Below are positions 25,336-39,100 of a stretch of DNA of 64,000 nt, piece by piece (position 1 is the stretch's first letter; each line of letters opens with the position of its first letter). The stretch is from assembly GCA_001643675.2 (NCBI GenBank), contig LSRY02000046.1:682001-746000 (forward strand), given 5' to 3'. The DNA is from Monocercomonoides exilis PA203. Its lineage: Eukaryota > Protista > Preaxostyla. The position numbers and the translations under genes are program-made. A model generated the notes under the pieces. It ran no database searches and had not been told where the DNA came from. It was given only the letters and a program-made list of their open reading frames with translations.

Positions 25336-26795
25336 ATGAGTGTATGCGCTAATGTTAAGCCTGAAGAAAGAGTGCAGATGATGACCAAAACCGAGCAGTT
25401 TTCAAGTGTGTTCTTTTATTTGGTTTGAACAACTTTGAACAAACTTTTATTTTTTCGGATGCCTTTTGCAGAATTGCTTTGTGAACCGGAAAATTGCAAA
25501 GAAGTTGAACAAATGCAGAAAACGGTGGAAATGAGTGAAATGATTAATGAAATGAATAGAGATGAATTCAAATCAGTTTTCACAAAAGAACTGTTCGACA
25601 AAATATACCAAATGATTGAAGAAAAGACATTGTCGTGGAGAAACGCAATTTTGTTGTTGAAGCATATTGGATATTGGAAAACTATGAAAAACGTGAATGC
25701 TGATGGCTTTAATCGTTCATTGCTTTACGAAAGATTTGAGGAGATGATCATTAAAGAAGAAGAGAAAAAAGAAGAAAAGAACGAAAGGCTTTTGGTTGAT
25801 CTGTGCGAATGCTATCTTTTGCTAAAGGAATATCCTTCTCTGGAATTTATATTAATTTTTGTGCCTTTCCTTCTGAAAGCTGCATTGAAGAAAGAGGAAA
25901 ACGAGGAGACTCAAAAAGAAGTGGAAATAGCTTTGCTGGCGCTGAGCAACATTAACGAATATAGTGTATGAGCACTTCTTTTTCATTTTTATTATGTTTG
26001 CTTTTTTCCCTTCTTATTTCTGTTTAGAAAATGAAACAAGAACTGTATTTGAATGTAATCAAAGAAATCATCCAATATCAACAGAAACACAGAAATCTCA
26101 CAAAACTTGCCTATCAATCTGCTTGGAGATTTTTAATATACAGATTGAGCAATGACGAAAGTTTGGAAGAAGTTCTTGTGAATGAGCTGCATTTAGCGAG
26201 AGAAGCAGCAAGAGAACTGGAAGAGCTGACAAGAAATATGGATTGGAACAGAAAAAAAGAAGAGGAAATGAGCAAAGAAGAAGCGAAAGAAAAGCTTCTT
26301 TTGATTCGATGGCTTGTGACAGCTGACGATTATCTTTCGTACTGTCAATTGTGGAATGAAGAATTCGTCGAACTTATTGGCAGCGTTGCTCAGATCTTTA
26401 AAGCAGCAAAGAATAATAGCAGTGCAATTTGCAACTGGAGCATTAGTTTTTTAAGAGTTGCAGCAGAAAGTAGAGTTGTGAAAGTTGATGATTTGTTGAA
26501 AGGTAAGGCAATTGATGTTGTTTTTGAAGAACTTTATCAGCCAGCATTGGAAGATAGAAATGTATGTAATTGCTTGGATACTGTTTTAGCAATTACAGGA
26601 AGATTGGAAGAAAAGACGGATAATGAAATGGAAGAAGTGAAAAGAAAAGAGATAAGCAGAAAGGTATTTGAAAAGATGGAAGAAGAAGGATATGAAGATA
26701 CCACCACAAGCTTTTATGAAACAATTGATTTTCTTAACAACGAATATTATTATGTGTTATCGTTGAATGTTTCTGATTATTTTGTGAATATTTGA
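25336..26795 (+). CDS. Intact member of the same helical/ARM-like repeat family; exons 25336-25405, 25472-25965, 26028-26795
   Basis: Introns 25406-25471 (GTGTG...GCAG) and 25966-26027 (GTATG...TTAG) give a continuous frame MSVCANVKPEE...TEQFSK|LLCE...EYS|KMKQELYL...DYFVNI*. Intron positions match the 1109-2545 paralogue. Confidence 0.85.
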
Positions 26796-27451
26796 GAAAA
26801 TGAGATTCTTCACATTTTTCCTCATAGTTTTAATTTTTCTGATTGGACAATTTCCTTTATCAGCAAAAGGCTATTTGAATCTTTTTTTAATTGAAATTGT
26901 TTATAGGATTGTCTGATGAATAATCATCAAATGTTGAAAATATATCTTGCCAAAACGAATTCTGTTTCGTTTTGCAACTCTAAAAATAAAAATTTTCTTT
27001 TTTCATGCTCCAAAAACAATATTAAATCGAAAAAATAATCATTTAATAATGAAAAAATATATTCATTGAAACATTTCACTTTATATTTAAGAAAATATCA
27101 TAATTTTTGAAACAATAATGAAGTTTTCAACACACCAAATTCAAAAATGATGAATTATAGAATAATCTTTCAGTTCTTTATCTCAATGTTTTTTTTTTAA
27201 TGTCCAAAGTTGAAGAAATAATATTTAAAGCTTTAGGTATTCAAGAATATGCTTTCACTTGGAGATTATTTATTTGCTTGTATCACTCTTTAAAACATCA
27301 AAGATTGAAAAAGAAAAAGAAAAAGAAAATAATAAGCATAAGAATAAGAACAAAATAGAAACTCTTTTCAAAACAAAAAAATTGTTATTTCCTCACTTTT
27401 TGTCCCTTTTTAAGCCTTAAAAAAAAATCTTAGAAAAATTAGACTGAAGTA

Positions 27452-29462
27452 GGGTCATCTTTTTATTGGCACTTTTTTCTTTATTGGCACCAAAATTTTT
27501 TGAAATGAAAAAAAATTAAAAACACATCAAAAAAATACAAAACTCGAATCAATCACTCTTTTCACTTTTCATTTTCCATTTTCACGTTCAAAGGGGTCAA
27601 ATTCATCACTTGTTTCATCGTCATCATTCTTAATTTTTCTGAATTTCCTTTTCACTTTTTTCTTCAAAGGCAATTCTTCTTCTTCAATTTTTTTTTTCTT
27701 TTTCTTCAATTTCTTCAATTTTCATCTTGTGTTTTTCATTGCACACATCCCATTCATCAAGAAGCTTTTCTTTTGTTATTTATTTACCGAAGAAGTCGAA
27801 ACAATGAGAATGAGAAGGAATGAAGTATTGAGAAGACTGAGGAAGTTTCATCAACGCAGATCCACATCCATTGCTGAGGACTCCGCTGTTAATGAAGGCT
27901 TTTTTGATGACTGATGGGGTGAATGCTGTGTGAAGGGCTTGTGGCAACACATCCGCAACAGCTGTTCTTTTTGAAGATGAGGAGGTGGATGACGGAGAGC
28001 TGTAATTGTTTGATAGCTCTGACTTCAACACTGCAAATACGCCTCTGTCCAGCGGCTGCGATATGTGCGTGGTGTGTGGAACGAAGGTGAAGACGTCAAT
28101 TTCGGCTTCCTTGAACTGTCTCCATATCGTTGGATCAGCACGTGATGAGTGCGAGTCCAGGAGAAGAAGGCAACGGTGAGATTCCTTCAAGATACGTTTT
28201 CTTCTGTCAATGATAGCTGGCAGCAGAACTGTTAAGGCGTATTTTTTGAATGACGTTTTATCCATCCAGCCGTTTGTGTTTGGCCAAATGTCAAGCGACG
28301 GCGTCAACAGTGTTGTAAGTTCTTTCGGAAGATTTGCGCTCGGCCACAGCACGACAGACGGAAGCGAGAAGCCATCAGCAGCGATTCCAGCAACGAGAGT
28401 GGCATTTGGCATCCTTTCAGCAGTCTTTTTGAACACAGCTTGTTCATCTGCAGGATGAACAACAACGCCACGTGTAGAAATTGGAATTCGAAGCGAAGAT
28501 TCATCTATATTGAAGATTAATTCCTCTGGATATTTATTTTCATTGTGTAATACTTGTAATTCTGTATACCACGGTTTTAGGACTTTCTGGCAAGATGCTG
28601 CTAGTCTGTTGATATCAACTTGTTTTGGCAGCGAGGACTTCAGTTCCGGATGTCTCTGTATGAAGGCGTGAACTGTCTTTAAAGTTACAGTCCTTTTCTT
28701 ATTTTCTTCTTTTTCTCCTTCTTCTTCACTATCGTTAATAATGTTTTCCATCTAAATACCAATTAATATACAATTCAAATATCAATCGCAAACCAGATCG
28801 CGCGCTTTTCGTAATGTGAGGCTTGTCCCAGATCGAGATTCTATTGTAACTTCTTCCAAGAATTGTTTTTCTTTTTCACCGCTAATAATTGGTGGATGAC
28901 CAACTTTTGCAATAGGCCTGCCGTTTTTTATGGCTTTAACTGCGTGCTCCAAAGATTTTTTGCTGATTCCGCCATATTTTACTCCGTCGGCCAGCCTGAC
29001 AACATTGTCATTAACAATGTGCGCAATCCTTTCTAATCTTGTTTCATATTTCCTGTAATGTAATGTAGACATTGCTTCCTTCAGACGCTTCTGCGCCGCT
29101 TCAGCTTTCTTTTTCACTAGTAATTTCATTTATATATTATGGGTAATGATCGTTAATAAATTTTTTTATTTATTAATTCTCATTAAAATATTTTTAATTA
29201 ATATTTAAATTTTTGAATGAATTAGAAATATTTACAAACCTTTGTGCAGTCCAATTTCTCATGAAAGCTCAATGGAAGGACTTGAACCCCCCCATTTCCC
29301 CCCCATGAGAAATTGGATTTCTTTCAAAATTCAAATATTAGATTATATCACATTTGTATATATACCAAAAATAAATTTTAAAATATCATTTGTGGGTCAG
29401 ATTAATTTTTATTTAAAAAAAAAGTGCCAATAAAGAAAAAAGTGCCAATAAAAAGATGACCC
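27452..29462 (-). mobile_element. Full-length pogo-type DNA transposon (2011 bp), 39-bp TIRs, TA TSD
   Basis: GGGTCATCTTTTTATTGGCACTTTTTTCTTTATTGGCAC at 27452-27490 is inverted at 29424-29462, with TA on both sides. Each TIR holds two TTTATTGGCAC direct repeats. Confidence 0.93.
27780..29129 (-). CDS. pogo-type DD35D transposase with a 42-nt intron (28752-28793)
   Basis: ORFs 28782-29129 (HTH-like, GHPPII) and 27780-28751 join via GTTTG...TTTAG (ARDL|MENII). Catalytic motifs IFNIDESS, LLLLDSH and SQPLD have 35-residue spacing. The frame continues past the TAA at 27780 (GK*ITKEKLLDEW), so the stop may be premature. Confidence 0.88.
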
Positions 29463-29791
29463 TATGTTTATAAATATCAAAATACATATTTTATATCACT
29501 TTATCTGTGAATGTTATGAACATTAAAAATAATAAAATATACAAACATTAAAAAACGAAGATAATTAATAGCATAATTTGTAACGAAAATCATGAAAAAC
29601 TTTGGTGAACTTTAAAATGATTTGATTATGCTCTCGATAAAAACGATCATAAATTACTTTTAGAACAAAATTAAAAAAGGAACCAAAAATTAAAAATTGA
29701 TGTTGCGAAGATTTCAAAAAAAGACTTTTTATTATTTTTTCATTTCAAATTTATTCCTTTCGGATAATTACAGCTTTTGAAGCACGCTAAT

Positions 29792-32878
<3,087 letters not shown>

Positions 32879-33425
32879 TATCTATTATTTTTATATGGGA
32901 AGTCCTTTTTTATCAAATTATATAACTATAACAAATTTTTGTGTGTGTGAACAAAAATATTGATTTGATAAACAATAAAAATTCAAGACATTTGAAACAA
33001 TATAAATGTGTTATGATAAAGAACGAATAAGATGTGAATTTTTTTATTTTCACTGAGTGAGGTTTTTTTAAAAGGTTATTTTATTTTTTCCAGACAAAAT
33101 TTTAAAATCAAATATCTTAACAAATATACAATAAAAATTTTCAGCTATTTGTAAACTTGCATGTTCACATGCATGGCATCGATTTATAAACGAATTTTTT
33201 ATGGCAGTGTTGTACAGTCAAAACCGGATATAATCACGTCGAATATAATCGCATTCGAATATTGTCACATTTTTCGATGCACCGACATTTTTTGTTTGTT
33301 TTTCATTCATTTTCCATCGCATACAATCACAGGGATGAAAATACAGATATCGCACAAAATTCCGGACAAGATCGATTTCACAATAACGACAAGAGGAATA
33401 ATTCTGACAATTTTCCTCAAAATAT

Positions 33426-33664
33426 GGGTGATTCTTTTTGAAAAGTCACAAATGTTTAATTCTCAATAAAATCAAAATCTTATATTTTTCTTAATATTTT
33501 GTTTACAAATGTTAAACTTCACTTTAATGGAATCCATTACTTGATAATGCAATTTCAAACATTCTTACGGAGATTTGTGAGCTGAAACAGAAATTTGAGC
33601 ATAATATGAAATTTGAAATTTATTTGTAAATTAAACATTTGTGACTTTTCAAAAAGAATCACCC
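33426..33664. mobile_element. 239-bp MITE, GGGTGATT family, 36-bp TIRs, 4-bp TSD ATAT
   Basis: GGGTGATTCTTTTTGAAAAGTCACAAATGTTTAATT is perfectly inverted at 33629-33664. ATAT lies at 33422-33425 and 33665-33668. The host element's uninterrupted right arm aligns without gaps only if 4 bp are duplicated. Confidence 0.9.
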
Positions 33665-33721
33665 ATATATCTCATCGAAACAAACTCATTTGATATTCAA
33701 AACTGGTAAAAGGAGATTATA

Positions 33722-35256
33722 GGGGAACACGAATTTTTCAAATTTTTTATTGTTAATGAATTCTATATAGTATAAGAATCATTTATATATAAATCAAAAT
33801 TAGAGATCATCGAGGTTTTTTATGAAAAATTTTCAAAAATATTCGAAAAAATTATGGGTTAGATCAAATTATGGCTGAAGAAGAAAACTACAAAAACATA
33901 TCAAATATATCTTCTCTCTGTGATATTTTCAGTGATAGAAAATTAGCATGGGACTATTATTTTCACATCATTTACAGAGGCTTCAAACCAATTTGCTTCC
34001 GCCATCACACTCCAAAATTTTTCACTATAAGAGAGCCGTGCTATTATTATTGGCGATGTAGCAAATGCAGAACAAAAGAATCTGTTTTCAAGAATACAAC
34101 ATTTGCAAAAAACAGAATTCCAATTCACAAACTACTAAAGATTCTTTTGTTTTATTGGATTGGATTGAGCATACGTCACATTTCTCTAATTACTGGGATT
34201 CACAGACACACAGTTGGTTATTGGGCAAGTTTATTTCGATCTGTTTGCACACAGTTATGGAATAAAAATCAAGAGCCAATTGGAGGTGAAGGAGTTGATG
34301 TAGAAATTGACGAAGCCATTTGGCGAAGGAGAAAATATCATTGTGGCCGAGCAAAAAAACAGATCTGGATTTTCGGTGGTATCGAAAGGAAGGCAGATGG
34401 AGCAGAAAAGAAAAAATTCGTTATAATTGTTCCAAACAGAAAAGCAGAAACATTAATTCCTATAATAAAAGAGAAGATCAAGATTGAATCCACAATTTTT
34501 TCGGATCAATGGAAGGCATATGCAAAAGTTGGTGAGCTGGGATACACCCACAAAATTGTTTGTCATAAACGAAATTTTATGGATCCTGAAACAAAAGCCT
34601 GCACAAGTACTATAGAAGGCTTTTGGAGCAGCTTACGATCTTCTTTCCCGAGGCATGGGTGCAGAGAAAAATTTCTGAGTGACTATTTGTCGTTATTTAT
34701 GATCAGGCAACAAAATAAATACACTTTTGACGAAATTCTTGAAGAGATCGTTCATTTCAAGCCTGATAAAGAACAAGAAGATGATGATGAGGAAGAAATT
34801 CCTTTCGAGGTTGAAGATGATGAGCATATTCCAGACGAATATGATGTTTTGCATGGAGAGGATTTATCTGAATCGGATTCAGATGATTTGGGAGCAGGAG
34901 ATGGATCAGACGCTTCAGAATATGAAGGTTGAAGAAAAAGGCAAGAAAATAATCCTTTTTAATATTATTTTCGAACATTATTTTGATAAAAATACATAAT
35001 TTAACATAATTCTTTTTTTGTTTTTTGAAAAATAGTGAAATGAAGTTACCCAATTGTGTTCAATATCCCAAAAAACTAACGAAAGAGATCATTATTAAGG
35101 TATCGCACCCAATAAAAACCAAAAATTGGTTTGATCAAATCATCAAATTTTTTCATAAAAAACCTCGATGATCTCTAATTTTGATTTATATATAAATGAT
35201 TCTTATACTATATAGAATTCATTAACAATAAAAAATTTGAAAAATTCGTGTTCCCC
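33722..35256 (+). mobile_element. Merlin/IS1595-type DNA transposon (1535 bp) with about 108-bp TIRs
   Basis: GGGGAACACGAATTTTTC...TTATGAAAAA (33722-33829) is inverted at about 35149-35256. The element is flanked by TATA on both sides and encloses one transposase ORF. Confidence 0.9.
33871..34932 (+). CDS. IS1595/Merlin-family DDE transposase, 353 aa, apparently intact
   Basis: N-terminal Zn-ribbon (WRCSKC), HTH-like segment, motifs VEIDE, KYHCGR, WIFGG, NRKAETL, IFSDQWKAY, H..V.H...F and TSTIEGFW, and an acidic tail. Confidence 0.93.
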   Translation: MAEEENYKNISNISSLCDIFSDRKLAWDYYFHIIYRGFKPICFRHHTPKFFTIREPCYYYWRCSKCRTKESVFKNTTFAKNRIPIHKLLKILLFYWIGLSIRHISLITGIHRHTVGYWASLFRSVCTQLWNKNQEPIGGEGVDVEIDEAIWRRRKYHCGRAKKQIWIFGGIERKADGAEKKKFVIIVPNRKAETLIPIIKEKIKIESTIFSDQWKAYAKVGELGYTHKIVCHKRNFMDPETKACTSTIEGFWSSLRSSFPRHGCREKFLSDYLSLFMIRQQNKYTFDEILEEIVHFKPDKEQEDDDEEEIPFEVEDDEHIPDEYDVLHGEDLSESDSDDLGAGDGSDASEYEG

Positions 35257-35800
35257 TATAATATACATTTACCTCAAAACTTTCAAAATAGCTTCATTTG
35301 TTCTCATAAAAAAATATTATTGAAATTTCGGAGAAACTCAAAATCCTATTTTTCCTTGTTTACTAAATATTTTTTCCGAACACAAATGGAGCTATTTTGA
35401 AAGATTAGAATATCAAATGAGTTTGTTTTAATGGGTTATATTTTGAGGAAAATTATCAGAATTATTCCTCTTGCATTTATTGTGAAATCGATCTTGTCAG
35501 GTATTTTGTGCGATATCTGTAAAATGTTCACCGAAAAGTGAAAGGACTGAATAAAGACATTTTCTTCTGAATTTAAGCTGATTCATTAATTCAAAAAACA
35601 AGGTTTAAAATCGAAATGTTAAATTTATTTCCACTTTCACAATGATAAAAAAATTTAAAAAATATGCATCCCGAAAAAAGTTATGATTTCGAAAATAATC
35701 ACCTATTTTTCAAAAAAAAATATGTTCATTGTTCAAAAAAATTTATATTAATTCAATCAAATGAAAAAAATAAAAAATCAATTTATCAAAAAGAAAATAA

Positions 35801-35839
35801 AAGAATAGAATAGAATAGAATAGAATAGAATAGAAAAAA

Positions 35840-35892
<53 letters not shown>
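35801..35892 (+). repeat. (AGAAT)n microsatellite followed by an about 50-nt poly-A tract
   Basis: Directly visible tandem AGAAT units at about 35802-35835 and an A-run to 35892. Confidence 0.9.
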
Positions 35893-35894
<2 letters not shown>

Positions 35895-36105
35895 TATGAA
35901 AAGCTGTTGAATCCGATTTTTGTGTTCAAAAAAATTAGTATTGTATAAAAGTTCATTTTATTGAAAATTTGAAGTTTGTCATGTTATATATTAAAAGACT
36001 TAATCATAAAAAAAGTCTAAAAAAGAAGAGTTTGAAAAAGCATTTTTTTATATATCAACCCATAAAGAAAAACATAAGAAACGCAGAATAGAAAAGTGAA
36101 AAATC

Positions 36106-39100
36106 ATGCTTAAAGAAGCATTAATCGCATTAGTTGCTGTTATAACTTCGTTTAAATTGCATAATGTTGAACTTGAAACAAGTGCGACAATCAATGATGC
36201 GTTTGAATATTGTGGAGGAATTTTACGTCATAATGCTTGCTTCAATGATTGTTTTTTGAAAGATGATGAATTACATGGAAAAAGCGAATGCAAAGAAGAT
36301 GCTTCAATGAACTACGTGAATGGAGATAAGATTACAAAAGCGCGCGAAGAGATGAGAATGAAACAGAGAAAAAATGAAAATTTGGAGGGAAAATCAATGA
36401 AAAAAAGGAAATGGAAAATCTTTGAAGAAGACCATAACCATTACATTGATTCAAGCTGCTTGTTGTTTGATGCACAGTGTGGAGCCAGCAAAGAAAGCAA
36501 GATCAAAGGGAACATACTAATTCAAAACTCAACAATCAAGTTGCATGAAGTGGAAATGATTTCATGCAAACGAAAGTGTCTTATTAGTGCAAATGACAAG
36601 AGTGATAAAGAAATAAAAAGCAGTAAAATTTTTGTTGGAAATGAGATGCCTCCATTGCATATTCAAGATTGCAAAGCGATCTTTATGAACATTTCACTGG
36701 AATCCGAAAGTCAATTTTCTTCAGCGTTTCCACCCCTTTTCTTTTCTGAGCAAGGCAACGCTAAAATTTCGCATGAAAGTTTTGCCTCAATTTTCTTGTC
36801 GTGCTTTTCTTCCTTCGCAGTATCATCGGCTCCATTCCTTTCATCACCATCCATTCTCCTTATTTCCCTTTCCCATCTGACATTTTTTAACATCTCCACA
36901 TCAAATGTGGCATGCTCACCTTCAACAACAATGTCAACCCAAACTTCATGTTTTTTGAGTTGTTGTTCATTTTCTTCTGTCTGCGATGTATATGATGGAG
37001 GGATTGTCCCCTCCCTCAACAACCCCTTGGCTTCCTTAACAGCCTCAAACGCTTCATTCGTTGGATGTTGTCGGACAAAAAATGTTGTATGTGAAGGAAC
37101 TGCAGACAATAAGCTAACACCAGGGAGACAAAATACAACTGAAAATGGAGCAAACTCATTCATTTGGTGCGAGTGGAGTGGATCAAGGACAACAGGAGAA
37201 GTTGACTCATATACCGATGGAATATCGAGTGGCGGGGCTATTTTTATGTACAACAAGGGAAATGGAGAACTTTCAGTTTCGAATTGTCTGTTTAATAATT
37301 GCTTTGCATTCAGTCGTGGAGGCGGAATTATGTGCCTATCAATTGATTCTGTGCATATCGAAAATAATGTGTTCAATGCCTGTACGGCACAAAACCATTA
37401 CGGAGGAGGATTGTATGTCAGCTCTGTTTCAACATGTGCTCGGATCAGTGGATGTGAATTTCAGAATTGCAAAGCTAGTGGCTTAGGAGGGGGACTTTTT
37501 CTTGAAAATTTTCAGGTTTCAGGAACTGATTGCATTCTAACAGAAAATGGAGAAGTGGAAAGTGCGTGTGTGTTTGACTGTAGTTTCTCTTCATGCTCAG
37601 TCACAAATACTGGTGGTGGAGGCGTGCGTTGCGTGACTGTTCCTGACACGCAATTCAAAATGAGGAGTATTCAATTTATCTCATGTTCAGCATTAAGAGA
37701 GGGAGGAGGGTTGTGTCTTTATCCAAATCGAGAAACGGCACCTGATGATAAATTATATTGCTTCTTCTTATTTTTTCACGAATGCAGCTGCAGGGATGCA
37801 AATAATCCACGTGGGCGTGATGTGATGTATTATGATCAAAATAATCTCTATTTATCCCTAAATAATCCATTTCATGAATGTTACACGACAAACACAAACG
37901 ATAAGAGGATTTGCTTTGCATACAATTATTCGAGTTCAGGATCTTGGGCATATCAGCACACAGAAAAGTGGGATTGGTTGAAAGACAAGACGGTATACGT
38001 GTCAGTGAGCGGGAATGATACATCTCCACTTTGTGGGTCAAATGAAACATTTCCTTGTCTGACTGCGAAGAAGGCGTTTGAGATGTGTGAGGTACAGATT
38101 AGCTTGACAATCACGCTGATGGAAGGGAATCATCAAAGCGAGACGACAACAATTGAGATTGGGACAAAGAAGATTTCTATTATTGGGACGGGCAAAGATA
38201 AGAGTTCGATCGGAACAGGGACACTTTCATCAACTGGAGCGCTGTTCAGTGTTTTGACAGGTCATCTTGGTTTATTGCACATGAAAGTTGATTGCAACTC
38301 AAATTCAAGTACTTCGCCGAGTGTGGTTGTGGTGTCTGATGGATGTGGGTCACTCTCGTTGGAGGATGTTGTGATCACCACGAGTGTTTCTTCAGGAAAC
38401 TATGTGATGTCGTCGTCAGTGTTTGTGGTTCCACTGTCGCAGCTGTCGATGGTTGGTGTGGAAATCAAAGATATGAATGTCTCAAAACCATTATTCTCTG
38501 AGCCGAATCTATCTTCTTCTTCTTCTTCATTGTCGTCATTGTCGTCATTTGCACTGTATCTGACAGCCACAGCATCAGGAGATAGCGTGCTGGCGAATGT
38601 GAAGGTGATGAATGTGAGGTTGACAGAAGGAGATGGGGTGGTTGTGGCAAAGAGTGTGAAGGCTGGAGAGACATTCGTTGTTCAGAATGTGACAATCGAA
38701 GATTGTGAGTGCAAGGCTGGAAGTGGTGGTGGGATAAAGGTCGATTTGAAGTCATCAAGCATGTTGCGGGTGGGGACTTCATCATCCCCGGGAAGTGAAA
38801 TAACAAAATTCAACAGATGCAATTGCAGTGGAAATGGTGGCGGGATAATGGTGAATCTGGAAAATGGCTCACACGACTTCTCGATCGTGCATGTGGACTT
38901 TACAGGCTGCAAAGCAAATTCTGGAGGAAATTATGTGTTTGTGAATGGGAAAGATTCAGCAAACTGGGGAATTAGCTCCTCAAATCTGGATGTTCAGCAT
39001 GACAATTCAAAATACAATGAGATTGTGGGATTCGATCGGAGTGACACGACAATGGGGCTGTTCCCACTGAATGTGTTTCTTGATACATATCCAGATGCAG

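Larger units (their letters stand above)
33344..35519. mobile_element. Non-autonomous TA-flanked element with CAG termini (Tc1/mariner/pogo-like) that hosts two nested insertions
   Basis: TA|CAGATATCGCACAAAAT... (33344-33698, interrupted by a MITE) is an imperfect inverted repeat of 35408-35519 (...TTTTGTGCGATATCTG|TA). Confidence 0.8.

Noticed and set aside
6521-27782. RIP-like CpA>TpA mutation suggested by TAA/TAG stops in the transposases
   Set aside because: Stops made by transitions necessarily come from CAR, CGA or TGG codons, and the TIRs are unmutated. There is no evidence without multi-copy alignments.
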